From assembly GCF_963921235.1 (NCBI RefSeq), contig NC_086097.1, positions 129,644,001-129,708,000 of the forward strand: DNA of 64,000 nucleotides, read 5' to 3'. Below, piece after piece: positions 36,560 through 49,145 of the stretch. Source of the stretch: Mobula hypostoma (Eukaryota). The notes under the pieces are model-generated. The model was not told the DNA's origin, made no database searches, and saw only the letters and a list, made by a program, of their open reading frames with translations. Each line of letters starts with the position of its first letter. Positions within the stretch are counted from its first letter, which is position 1. Position numbers and translations under genes: made by a program.

Positions 36560-37205
36560 TCTGTGGGTTAAGAAAGCATACAGTGCATTAGCCTTCATCA
36601 TTCGTGGGAATGAGTTTAGGAGCTGAGAGGTAATGTTGCAGCTATATCGGACTCTGGTCAGACCCCACTTGGAGTACTGTGTTCAGTTCTGGTCGCCTCA
36701 CTATAGGAAGGATGTGGAAACCATAGACAGGGTGCAGAGGAGATTTACAAGGATGTTGCCTGGATTGGGGAGCATGCCTTATGAGAATAGGTTGAGTGAA
36801 CTCAGCCTTTTCTCCTTGGAGCGACAGAGGATGAGAGTGACCTGATAGGGGTGTATAAGATGATGAGAGGCATTGATCGTGTGGATAGTCAGAAGCTTTT
36901 TCCCCAGGGCTGGCTAGCGTGAGAGGGCACAGTTTTAAGGAGCTTGGAAGTAGGTACAGAGGAGATGTCAGGGGTAAGTTTTTTTATGGAGAGAATGGTG
37001 AGTGCATGGAATGGGCTGCTGGCAATGGTGGTGGAGGTGGATACAATAGGGTCTTTTAAGAGACTCCTGGACAAGTACACGGAGTTTAGAAAAATAGAGG
37101 GCTATGGGTAACCCTAGATAATTTCTCAGGTAAAGGACATGTTCGGCACAGCTTTGTGAGCCGAAGGGCCTGTATTGTGCTGAAGGTTTTCTTTTTCTGT
37201 TTCTG
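36560..37205 (+). mobile_element. CR1 LINE 3' fragment
   Basis: MLQLYRTLVRPHLEYCVQFWSPHYRKDV (36633-36845) and a CR1 3' UTR and tail. Confidence 0.9.
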
Positions 37206-37699
37206 CTCCCATTCATCTCATCAGCACTCCATTTCCTCAGCTCACTTTCAACTTATTAGGTTGAAATAGAAAAACATGTTTCACTAATGAGCGATGTCTG
37301 AGAAAAATGAATTAAACCTACGTTAGAGTTCTAATGAGAATAGTCTTTCAGTCCAGCACCACTGAAGTCCTGAGCATACCATATTGGCAGAGTGTGTAAT
37401 CATTAGCCCAATGAGGGTGACAATGTGGTCATTAGATATGCAATTTATTTTTTTTATTTTAGGTAAAATAAAAAAAGCCACACTGCCCAGCAATCCACTC
37501 ATCTAGCCATCCCGTTATAGTGTCTTGGAAAGGGTGAAGGAGAGGACAATTTACAATGACCAATTAACCTGCCAACCAGTACATCTTTAGACTATAGGAG
37601 GAAACTCGTATGTTCATGGGGAGAATATACAAACTCCTTACAGATGGTGCCAGAGTTACTTACTAAGTATCAATAATTTGCAAATACCTTCCTTGACCA

Positions 37700-38115
37700 T
37701 TCGTCTCCACCACACCTTTATAGAAGTTTGTCAAATTTTAGATGTCATGCTGAATCTTTGCAAGCTTCTAAGAAAGTAGAGGTGCTGCTGTGCTTTCTTT
37801 GTAATGGCAGTTACGTGCTGGACCCAGGACTGATCCTCTGAAATGATGTCACCAAGGAATTTAAAGTTGCTGACCCTCTCCACCTCTGATCTCCTGATAA
37901 GGACAAGCTCATGGACCTCTGGTTTCCTCCTCCTGAAGTTCTGGTAGTGTTCTAATTTGTTCTGTAATTCATTTAAATACATAACTTGTTACTTAGTTAA
38001 ATGGTAGTTTTTTTCTTTTATACCCTTTTAACTATTTGCATCAGACTTTGGCTAATTGGAGCAGCCACTTAAATGGGGCAAAATGCACTGGTTCTGATGT
38101 GTCCAAATTAACTCT
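37700..38115. mobile_element. Rex1 RT fragment (about 37700-37940, minus) abutting a Tigger terminal fragment (about 37943-38115)
   Basis: VERVSNFKFLG...ITKKAQQHLYFLRSL, followed by sequence matching the end of the 14058-15290 element. Confidence 0.65.
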
Positions 38116-39374
38116 ATGCTTTTAACAAAGAAAGCCTGTGGGAGAAAGGTAAACAGACTGGGAGGGAAATAGAGTGACAAAGAGGGAGGAAATTGACAAT
38201 GAAAGAGGGAGGGCGAGGGGAGAGAAGGAAAGAAAGTGATACACTCTTTGTTTAATGTTACTCTATTAACTAAAGTACCAATTGCATTTTAATTGCAATT
38301 GATCTTCCCCACCTGTTAGAAACAATGCCAGTCATCTACACTTGTGAGAACTAGAGAGCAAGATACACAGAGAACTAGCTAAGCAAAGTTTCTCACTGAA
38401 ATTTGATTAGTGCCAGGAGAAATGGATTGAATACTTGGTGAGGCAAGGAAGTGGAGGAGAAGGGACAAATATGAAGGAGGATGAAACGGATGGGAATGAA
38501 AGGATGGTTTTATGGCCTTTTTCCACATAGATGAGAGATGCAAGTGGAAGTCAGGAGTGTGGATGAAGAAATGAGCAGCTGTAAAGCTCTGGTGGTAGAT
38601 GAATATAAGTTAAATTGATAAGAGACAGGGATAGTGGTTGGAGTAGTGATGGAACAATGCAAAGTTAAAACAGGAACTAAGGAATCCTAAATGATTTGAT
38701 GGAGGAGGACACTGAAGTTTGTATTTTCTCAGAGAAAGCCTGTTGCTAATGGCAACCCATGTGTCTTGGTGGCTCCTTTTCTGTCTCACCATTGACACCA
38801 TCCAATATTTCCAATCTGGAAGAAAAAGTTTGACGTGTGGGAGAAAAAAAACCAGATTGATGAACAAGAGGGAAAAGAAGGGCAAAGAGTGAAAAAGGAA
38901 AGATGATTAACTGATATACATCAGAAGCTGATAAGAACACACTTTCTGATTTACTGTTTGTGCTTCATAATTAGTTCTTTGGATTTCCTTTGTTTGCTAT
39001 TGCTGTGTATATATTTATGTAATGGCTTCTTTGAGATGACCATATTTGCTAGGTGTAGATTAAATATAATTGCGCTTTTTATTAAAATGAAATGACTTCT
39101 TTTAGGTAAGGTCTCTTGCACATAAATTCAGCTTCTGTTTTTTGCTTAATCTCAGCAGGAATTACTGACACGTGCTATGATTGGTGCTTCATCCACTGTA
39201 ATTTCATAACCAAGATCTCTTGCATAATAATGTAGAGAAGAAGTTACTTCATATGTCAAAAAAAACTTTAATTGCAATTTTTAAAAAAGATTTTTAGTGT
39301 AGAGCCATTTGAAATTTGTTCATTGTTGTATTCAAAGCAAGGTCAGTGAATTTGTGGCACAAATCAGTTTAAAA

Positions 39375-42300
39375 GGGAATGATTTAGTGGCCATTACAGA
39401 AACATGGTTGTAGAGTGGAGAGGATTGGAAATTAAATATCCAAGGATATCAGTAATATGGAAAGATAAGCAGAAAGGTAAGGTGGGGTCATCATCATCAG
39501 GTGCCGTGCCCAGTTTGAGCTTTGACTGCCATGGCCCGCACACTCCTGTTTCAGGTCAAGTGGATCAATTCATTGATATTCATTTCCAGTTCTCTGGCTG
39601 CTGTCTCCATCATCATTTGTCTTTGTCTTCCACTTGCTTTCTTCCCTTCAATCTTTCCCATAATCACTGTGCATTCTAACTCCTCTTTCCTAATCACATG
39701 TCCAATGAAGTTACGTTGCCTTTTCATGATCTCATACATTATTTCCCCTTTTGTGTTTGCTCTGTTCATGACATCCTTGTTAGATATTCATTTCCTCCTT
39801 GATATTCTTTGCATCCTCCTCAAAAACCACATCTCTGCTGCTACAATTCGTTTCCTCATGTTACTAGATATTGTCCAACATTCTGAGCCATATAACATAA
39901 CTGGATAAACGTAACATTTCAGTGAGGTGGGTTGTCAAGCCTAGTTTAGTATTGGTCAGTATACTCTTCATTCTCATAAAGGTGTCTTTTGCCATCCCTA
40001 TTCTTCTTTTGATGTCCAAGTCACACCTGCCATCTGATGTCACCCAGCTTCCTAAGCAGCAAAAGTTCTATACTTGTTTTATATCTTCCCCATTTATTCT
40101 CAGCCTGCAGATAGGATTCTCCTTCTTTTTTGGGTATCACCATACATTGTCTTTTTGCAATTGACAGATAGACCCATTTTTGCACTTTCTTCAACAATTA
40201 TATCAATTAAGTTTTGTAGTCTTCCTCCGTACTTGCAATTAACACAGTGTCATCTGCATATCTGAAATTATTGATGTTTTCACCGCCAATTTTGATCCCC
40301 ATGATGTCTCTTATTTTTTGTAACATTGTTTCACTGTACACATTAAATAAATCAGGGGAGAAAACACACCCTTGTCTAACGCCTCTCTTGATTTTCGTAA
40401 ACTGAATCACTTCTCTATCTATTCTTACAGTGGCAGTTTGTTCCCAGTACAGATTTCTGATTATGCGGAGGTCTTTCGAATCTAGATCTAGAGTTTTCCG
40501 TAATATTTCAAATAACTTATTGTGCTTCACTTTATCAAATGCTTTTGTGTAGTCGATAAAACAAACAAACAAATCTTTTTGCACTTGAATAGCTCGTTCT
40601 GATAGTATCCTTAACATCAATATTGCATTTCTTGTACCTTTGTCTTTCACAAAACCACATCGTTCTTTGCCTATTTCAGCTTGTATCTTACTTTTATCTC
40701 TTGTCGTCAAAATTCTTAGAAGTATCTTGGTGATATGACTCATTAAACTTACGGTCCTATGTTATTCACATTCTAATGCTCCAGGTTTCTTAGGAAGAGT
40801 GATAAATACTGATTTTTTCATCTCTTCTGTTATTATTCCAGTCTTATAAATGTCATTGATTAAATCAGTAAGTTTTTCAATTCCATAATCTTCAAGAGCC
40901 ATAATTTGTTCTGTTACTAATTCATCAGGACCTGCTGCCTTTCCTTTCTTCATCTTATTTATTGCATTACGAACTTCAGATTTTAAAATACTTGGGCCTT
41001 CAATGTTTTTCTTAATTTCTGGTTTTTCGCCTCGATCGTCTTCATACAATTCCTGAATGTACTCAGTCCATCTGTTCATAATCTCATCTTTTTCCATGAT
41101 AATGGTACCGTCCTTTGCTTTCAAACATCCACCTGAAGAACAGAGGAGCTTTTTACCAGTGATATTCTTGGTTTGTTGATGTAACCTTTTTGGATCAGTT
41201 ATAGGGATTCTTTCTATTTGCTCACATTCCTGGTTTAACCATTCTTCTTTGGTTTTTTGACACAAGCTTTTAACTTTTTTATCTAAGGACTTATATTCTA
41301 TAGGATTTGCTTTCATCTGTCTCCTTTCTTCCATTAGATTTTTGATTTCATCTGTCATCCATTTATTCTTTGTGCTTTTTTCTTTTTTTAGGAATCACTG
41401 ACTTTGCTGATTCTACCAAGACATCTGTTAGAGAGTTAAATTTCATTTCTACATGATTGCTATCATCTTCAACAGGTTCTATTTGTAGACTTTGAAATCT
41501 ATTCCTTACTTCAATTGTAAATTTTTGTCTTAAGTTTTCTTCTTTAGTTAATTGCAAGTAGTCAAGGGATTGTTCAGGTTTTTGCTTCTTTAGTTTTTTA
41601 AGTTTTACTTTTACGTGACATACTATTGGGTTATGGTCACTATTATAGTCTGCACCTGGATATGTTATGCATTGAGTCACTGAGTTTCTAAATCTTTGGT
41701 TTATAGTAATAAAGTCAATTTGATTTCTAGTGTTATCACCTGGACTTTTCCAGGTCCACAAGCGTCTTGGATGGTTTTTAAAGTAGGTATTCATAATGAC
41801 ATGATTCTTCATCTTGCACCATTCTACCCATTTCTCACCTCTTTCATTTCTTTCCCCTAGTCCAAATTTTCCTGTAATTCCATCAGCACCTTGTCCTACT
41901 TTAGCATTTAGATCTCCCATGACAATAACAATATCTTGAGATTTGCATCCATTCTTTGCTTGTTCAAGCTCTTCATACAATTTATCTATATCTTCATTTG
42001 TTCCATCTGTTGCTGGTGCATATACCTGTATAATCACTAAATCAAATGGTTGTCCTCTGAATCTAACAAGGAGCACTCTTTCTGATATTGCCCAATGTCC
42101 TAAAACACTTTTTGCCATGTTTTCATCCATAAGAATTCCTACTCCATTAGTATGGGATGTTCCACAAGAATAAACTAGTGTTTTATTTCTAATCTGATAT
42201 GTTCCAGCACCTATCCAACGAATTTCGCTAATTCCCATGATGTTAATCTTTAGTCTTTCCATTTCATTTATCACATTGTCTAATCTTCCTGCTTGATATA

Positions 42301-43735
42301 GGGTTCTTACATTCCAAGTGGCAATAATTTTCTTTTGTGTTACTTGAATTTTATGAGCAGTAGCTTGATTACAGTCGGGGATCCCCTGCTGACCAGAATC
42401 AACCTTACTGAGCGAAGCAACTTCAGAATTGACTTGAAGATCCTCTTGACGCTGTTGTTGTGTGATACATTTGTGAGTTTGACCATGGTTTTCTTAGCAA
42501 ATAGCAATGGCAGTTTGCTATTGCCTACCGTTGGGCAAACTAAAGTAATCACCATTTCTCTGCCAAATGTTCATCCGCCTATACATTGACATTTGAGGTC
42601 ATAGCTCATCTGCCTTCTCCGTCATAAGTTCAGTTACTGAAGCTGCCAGATCTGCCGTTGGCCTTCGCTCGTATCCTGAGCAGGAACCCTTGCAGGTGCT
42701 ACTGTTCTGGGTCAGTGCGGCCCTGGGAGCAATAAATGACTAAAGGGTAACTCCACTTTCCCCAAAGCACTGAAAGTCCCCAATCAGAGCCTCATCACTG
42801 GTTGCAGTTTAGAGTCACACCCAGGACTGGGTAACAAGGTGGGGTAGTGCTCTTAATTAAAAACGAGATCAGAACAGTAGTGAGAGATGATATAAGATCT
42901 AAGGAGCAGAATGTTGAATCCATCTGAGTAGAGATTAGGAATAGTAAAGGGGAAAAGATCACTGGTGGGAGTTGTCTATCGGCCACCGAATACAGTAGTA
43001 ACATTACAGTGGCACAGGCAATAAACATAGAAATATCTGAGGCATGTAAGAATGGAACAGCAGTTATCATGGGGGACTTTAATCTGCACATAGATCGGGT
43101 GAATCAAGTTGGTCAAGGCATTCTTGAGCAGGATTTCATAGAATGCATAAGTGATAACTTTCCTGAACAGCACATTACTGAACCTACAAGGGAGTGTGCT
43201 ATCTTGGATCCGGTCCTGTGCAATGATACAGGTAAAATTAGCAATCTTCTAGTTAGGGATCCTCTTGGAAAGAGTGATCACAGTATAACTGGGTTTCTGA
43301 TACAAATGAAGGGCACAATAGTTTGATCTAGAGCCAGCTTATTATGCCTAAACAAGGGAGACTACAACGGGATGAGGGAGGAGTTGGATAGGGTAGACTG
43401 GGAACACTGGCCATATGGTGGGACAGTTGAGGAACAATGGAAGACTTTCAAAGATTTTTCATGGTACTCAACAAAAGTATATTCCAGTTAAAAGCAGGAA
43501 CAGTAAGGGTGGGGTGACACAGTCTTGGATAACTAAGGAAATAAAAGAAGGCATCAGATTAAAAGCTCATGCATACAAAGTTGCCAAGAGTAGTGGGAAA
43601 CTGGAAGACCAGGAAAACTTTAAAAGGAAACGAAGTACCACCGAGCGAGCAATGAAGAAAGGGAAGCTAGATTATGAAAATAAACTAGCACAACATATAA
43701 AAATAGATTGCAAAAGTTTTTATAATTATATAAAA
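39375..43735 (+). mobile_element. CR1 LINE APE region split by the RTE insertion (39375-39488 and 42846-43735)
   Basis: DLVAITETWL on the left resumes on the right as GVVYRPP, AVIMGDFN, EPTRECAILD and LGKSDHS. Confidence 0.85.
39489..42835 (-). mobile_element. Full-length RTE-clade LINE (about 3.35 kb; single APE-RT ORF with about 4 lesions)
   Basis: ATWNVRTL, GISEIRW, IIQVYAP, MGDLNAKVG and SDHNP (APE). FIDYTKAFDKV, GVRQGCVFSP and RYADD (RT). (ATG)n tail and perfect 10-bp TSD aaggtggggt (39479-39488 / 42836-42845). Confidence 0.95.
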
Positions 43736-44840
43736 TCCTCAATTTCCTTATTACAGAACACAATCAGTTCACATTGGCAAAACATCATCTCCACGATCTC
43801 CATCAGCACTAGGTATACCACAAAGCTGTGTGCTTAGTCCCCTGCTCTACTCGCTTTACACTTATGACTGTGTGGCTAAGCACAGCTCCGATGCCTTATT
43901 CAAGTCTGCTGATGACATCACTGTCACTGGCCAAATCAAAGGTGGTGACAAATCAACATACAGGAGGGAGATTGAAAATCTGGCTAAGTCGTGTCACAAC
44001 GACAACCTCTCACTCAGTGTCAGCAAGACCAAGGAAATTATTATTAACTTCAGGAGGAGGAAACTGGAGGTCCAGGAGCCAGTCCTCATCAGGTGAATCA
44101 AAGGTGGAGAAGGTCAGCAACTTTAAATTCCTTGGAGTTATCATTTCAGAGGTTTTATCCAGGGCCCAGCACACAAAGGCAATTACAAAGAAAGCACATT
44201 AGCATCTCTATTCCTTGTTAGGATTTGGCATAATAATTAATAGTTTGACAATCTTCTATAGATGTGTGGTGGAGAGTATATTGACTGGCTGCATCACATC
44301 CTGGTATGGAAACACCAATGCCCTTGTTAGGAAATCCTACAAAAACTAGTGAATTCAGCCCAGTCCATCATGGGTAAAGCCCTCTCCACCAAGGAGCTCC
44401 GTTGCAGGAAAGCGAGATGTATCATTAGGGAACCCCACCTTTTCACACTGATGCAATCAGGAAGGTGGTACAGGAGCCTCAGGACACGTGCAACCGTGCT
44501 CAGGAACAATCATTACCCCTCAACCATCAGGCTTTTGATCCAGTGGGGATAAGTTCACACCACTTGCCCTATCAATGAACTGTTCCCACACCCTCTGGAC
44601 TCTTCATTTCATGTTCTTTTGATATTTATTGCTTATCATTTTTTTCTCTCTTGCATTTGTAAAGTCTGTTGTCTTCTGCACACTGGTTTTGCACCCAAGT
44701 TGATATGATCTTTCATTGACCCTATTATGGTTATTACCCATCATGGATAATGATAGTATGCCCGCAAGAAAATGAATCTTAGGGTTGCATATGGTGACAC
44801 GTACGTACTATGAAAATAAATTGACTTTGAATTTTGAACA
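43735..44840 (+). mobile_element. Rex1/Babar LINE 3' part
   Basis: LSPLLYSLYTYDC, FKSADD, SVSKTKEIIINFRR and YPSTIRLL, with tail ctttgaattttgaa. Confidence 0.9.
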
Positions 44841-45059
44841 TTCAAATTGCTGTACCATGCATGATCAGACAGTATGTAGTATTTTTCTGCTGAAGACCAT
44901 ATTCAACAGTACATCTTTGGAAGTTTGTTGCAGTGTTTAGCAACAAGCCTAACTTCCCTAGAAAGTAAAGGCTTTCCCTAGAAAGTAAAGGCTTTCCTTA
45001 TCAAATTGCATCAATGTGCTGGGCCCACTATAGGACAGTTCCCAAAAGAGGAACCAAAG

Positions 45060-46500
45060 AGTGCTTGACCATCAATCATATTGTTAATATGCAGGTTCGG
45101 CAAACAATTAAGGCAACAAATAGTAAGACAGTCTTATTGCAAGAGGATTTGAATGTAAAAATAGAGGCAATTTGCTCCAGTTAAACATAGTTCTCCTGAG
45201 GCCACATTTGGAAGATCGTGTACAGGTCTGGCCTGAATGTGTGCTCACTGGAGGGATTTCTGGGAAATTGCATTTGCTGTGTGAGGACAGCTTAAGCAGG
45301 AAAGACTTTAGAAGAATGAGAGGTTATCTTATTTAATAGGTACAAAATTCTTAAGGGGATTGACAATGTTGATGTGGAAATGCTAGGTTTGCATTCTTAA
45401 AATAAGCAAGGTGGCATTTAGAACAGTGGGTGATGAATCTTTGGAATTTATTGTCTTATCGGGCTACAAAGTTTAGTCATTGAGTATAATTATATAATTA
45501 CATTATAAAATATAAAGTCTAAATTATATGTTGACTATATATAAAAATCAACATTTAAAATAACATTAATTGGTATATAGTATTGACTATATCACTAAGA
45601 CAGTAATCAACAGATATTTAGATACTGAGGGACATGGTTAATGCAGGAAGGTGGTTTTGAGCTCAAGGATTAGCTGCAATCTTATTAAATAGCAGAGGAG
45701 GTATGTGGAGATGAATAGCCTCATCTGCTTCTGTGTTGCCTGTTTTTTATTCATTCAGGTGCAACAGTAAATCGGGGCACCGGCAGCTTATTGAGCAACA
45801 CCTACATTCATGGGAGAGAAGAGCAGGCATCTCATCTCTGGTTCAGGACAATATTCACCTCTGTTCAACACTTCTAAATAGATCAGCTGGTCATTACTAC
45901 ATAGCTGTTGGCCAGCGCTTGCTGTATACAATGTGGCTATAGAACACAGCAGCACATGAACAGACTCTTCAGCCCACAATGCCAAATTAAATTAGTTCTC
46001 TTTTCTCTATACATCATCCTTCTATTCCCTGCATATTCATTCCCATATGTATCACTCTATTCCCAGCCATTTGTCTTTCCAGCAATCTCTCAAATGCGTC
46101 TATCGTATCTGCCTCCACCATTTCCACTGGCAGCCTGTTCCAGACGCCTATCACTTCCAATGTACAAACTTGTTGTGCATGTCTTTAAACCTGACCCCAC
46201 TCACCTTAAATACATGTACTCTAGTACCTGACATTTCTACCCCGGGCAAAAGATGCCAAACATCCATCCTGTCCGTACTTCTCATAATCTTTATAAACTT
46301 CTAACAGGTCTCCCCTCAGCCTTCAGTGCTCCAGAGATAAAAAAGTTTGCCCATCCTTTTGCTACAGCTGATATGCTATAACCAGGCAGCATCTTGGTAA
46401 ACCTCTCCTTCACCCTTTCCAAGACACCCTATAACAGGATGACTAGATTATATACAATATCAACCTCCTATATGGCTGCAACACAACTTTCTAACTCCCA
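45060..46500. mobile_element. Two decayed CR1 3' fragments (about 45060-45740 plus; about 45935-46500 minus)
   Basis: Remnants of LRPHLEDRVQVW and RMRGYLI, plus CR1 3' UTR motifs. Confidence 0.6.
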
Positions 46501-46550
46501 TGTTTCCTACATTTGACCAATGACCCACTTTTCTGTAAATCCAGGAAAGC

Positions 46551-47868
46551 ACAGTGTATTCTGATTAATTTGGACACATTAAGACCAGTTCGTTTTGGCC
46601 TAATTAGCCGGTTTCATGGAAATAGTTAAAAAGGTATAAAGAAGACAAATTACCATTTAACTGAGTAATTATGTATTTAAATGAAATACAGAACAAATCA
46701 GAACACTACCAATGCTACTACAGTACTATAAAACTGTGTAATAGCTCCAAATAGTTACCGACAGAGAAATCCATCCAGTATACAGTGCCATGTATGCGGT
46801 CCATGGAGGGATGGCACCTCTGATGAAGGGGTTTGTTGTGTCCATTCTGGGACAGCTCACTTACCTTTGGTCCCCACCAGACATTCAGCTCTCACCCGTA
46901 GCTTCAAGAGGCTGTTTGCATGCAACAGCGGCCACACACTGTACACCTCTTCGACAGGCGGCTAAACCAGGTGAGGGTAGCCAGCGGGCCTCATACTCCA
47001 GTGTGATAGAGACATGCCGGTTCTAGCCTGCAAAGTCGGCTCCCGCACACTGGGCGGGTGAGTTCAACAGTGAGAGCCAATAGCCCGGAAGGCAGTTCTG
47101 CAATGCTTTGTGGAGAGTGAAGGGAATGACGAGGCACAGAAGTCATGGTTATCTACTGCAACCAAGGAAGACCTGGTTTGTGATGACCACTCGTGCCACT
47201 GGACCCAGTACTCCAAGGGTCGAGAGAGTGAAACTGTCTCAGTGTAATTGCTTTTCCAAATTTAAAAACTCTCGCACACAGGTGTCACCGTCATTGTTGG
47301 ATACGACTGACAACCAGCATGCTGCCGTGTTCTTTTGATTGTCTGTACATGAACAACATTAGCGCAGACAACTAGTGCTGGTAATGGGCTTTCTTCATGC
47401 AATGCTTTTGACCTTCATTTACATTGCAAGATGATCCTTCATAGTTCCTAACTTGTTGAAGTAGTGAAATCATTTATTTTCACTTCCGGTCATTTCAGGC
47501 ATATCCAAGCCTGAATGCTTGAAACCGCAGTGAGCAAAGCAATTCGAAATTATCTTGCTGCTTTTTTATCGCCAACTGTCAGTGATAAAAATCTCTGCTT
47601 TTGAACAGAAACACACACAGGTGACATTATTAAAAAACTGTTCATTCTAAGTACAGTGCAGTGTTTAATGGCCACGAGACATGCATGTAAGTGACGCTAG
47701 TTAGATATTGTTTGTCAACAGTCTCCAGTCCCAATTAGGCAGCGTAGTGTCCTAAATAAACAAAGGGAATCCCCGCTATTTTCTTGATTAATTATTGTTC
47801 TAGAAGAGCTGTTCCAAGTAAGTGGCTGCCCTATTAACCAAGGGACCAATTGAGTAGAATCCAACGTA
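46551..47868 (-). mobile_element. Tigger/pogo-type non-autonomous transposon (same family as 14058-15290) with nested insertion
   Basis: Ends cagtgtattctgattaatttggacac and ccaattgagtagaatccaacgta. Reverse-complement similarity to 14060-14400 and 15080-15290. Confidence 0.75.
46796..47320 (+). mobile_element. Non-coding, GC-rich retroposon, probably RTE-related
   Basis: Interrupts the Tigger element. It has RTE-like 5'-UTR features and a short tail ending ggatacgactgacaaccagcat. Confidence 0.5.
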
Positions 47869-48265
47869 TTTCAGCTTAGTGTTTTAAAAAATAGGATGAA
47901 ATGCAAGGTTATAAAATATTACATATTTGTGAACGATTTTTATTGCAACAATAATCATTAGCGTACTACCATTAGGTTGCTGTATCAGTCTTAAATCATT
48001 TAAACTTCTGCAATTTTAGAAGGCTTACTTTATCTTGATTGCAATAATGTGTCAATAAACCAGATGTTATCAAAGGACTGAAGATAGTGTGCAGAAACAG
48101 CATTCTTGGTGAGTTAGAGAAAGGGCAGTAAATTATAAATTAAAGAACCTTCAGAATGAACAGAAAAAGCTGGAAGTGTGATGGAAGTCAGTTACCATCA
48201 AAGCTGCTGGCTGCTGAGTGATTGAAGCATTTTCTGTTTTTATTGAAGTTGATTAGATCTTAGTA

Positions 48266-48684
48266 CAGGTTGGGCACCCTTTATTCAAAATTCCAAAACC
48301 CGAAAGCCTCCGAAATCTGAATTTTTTTTTGAGCTCTGACATGATTTCACAAATGGAAAATTCCACAAGGTTCTAGACACTGTGTAGGTGTCTGCGCACC
48401 ATGGACAGTTCTGAGAAGTGACCTCACATACGTAATGCTCAGAAGTTAATGAAAAATAGAAAATCACTCCATGACGTGAAAAATGAAGATCTTGAATCCA
48501 TATTGAAAGACTGGATTTATCAGCATCAGAGTGAAAATATGCCACTAACGGTACGCTGATCGTGAAACAAGAAACAAGCAAAAATCTATCACGGCAAACT
48601 AAAAATCGAAGGTAATTGTGAATATTCAGCAGGCTGGTTGCAGAAATTTAAAAGGCACGGCATCAAATTTTTAAGGATTTGTGA
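48266..48684 (+). mobile_element. Second Tigger/pogo (Jerky-like) transposon fragment
   Basis: TA followed by a caggttgggcaccc TIR. Frameshifted KNEDLESILKDWIYQ..MPL..KQAKIYHGKLKIEGNCEYSAGWLQKF.RHGIKFL. Confidence 0.75.
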
Positions 48685-48689
48685 CTATA

Positions 48690-49145
48690 ACAGGATCAAT
48701 GAAAGATCAACAAGAGTGCAGAAGACAACAAACTCTGCAAATGCAAATATAAATAAATAGCAATAAAAAATGAGAACATGAAATAACAAAACAAAGATTC
48801 CTTAAAGTGAGATAATCTCAATGGATGGATAAGGGAGTGTAGTTATCCCTTTTATTCAAGAGCCTGATGGTGGAGGGTTGTAACTATTTTTGAACCTGGT
48901 GTTGTTAATCCTGAGGTTCTTGTACTTTCTACCTGATGCCAGTTGCAAGAAAGAGCATGGGCTGGGTGGTGGGGGTCCCTGACGATGGATGCTGCCTTCC
49001 TACAACAGTATTTCATTTAGGTGTACTCAGTGGCTGATGGGATATACCTGTGATGTACCGGGCCAAATCCACTACCTTTTGTAGGATTTTCTGTCAAAGG
49101 CATTGGTGTTTCCATGCCAGGCTGTGATGCAGATATTCAATACTT
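48690..49145 (-). mobile_element. Rex1/Babar LINE 3' fragment
   Basis: Collinear with 29300-29750 (RFKNSYNPPTIRLLN-like region). Confidence 0.65.

Noticed and set aside
38130..38940. Purine-rich stretch with short minus-strand ORFs
   Set aside because: Low complexity, with no motif or splice support.
44954..44997. 20-bp tandem duplication ttccctagaaagtaaaggct
   Set aside because: Local slippage in decayed repeat sequence, with only two units and no spacers. Not CRISPR-like.
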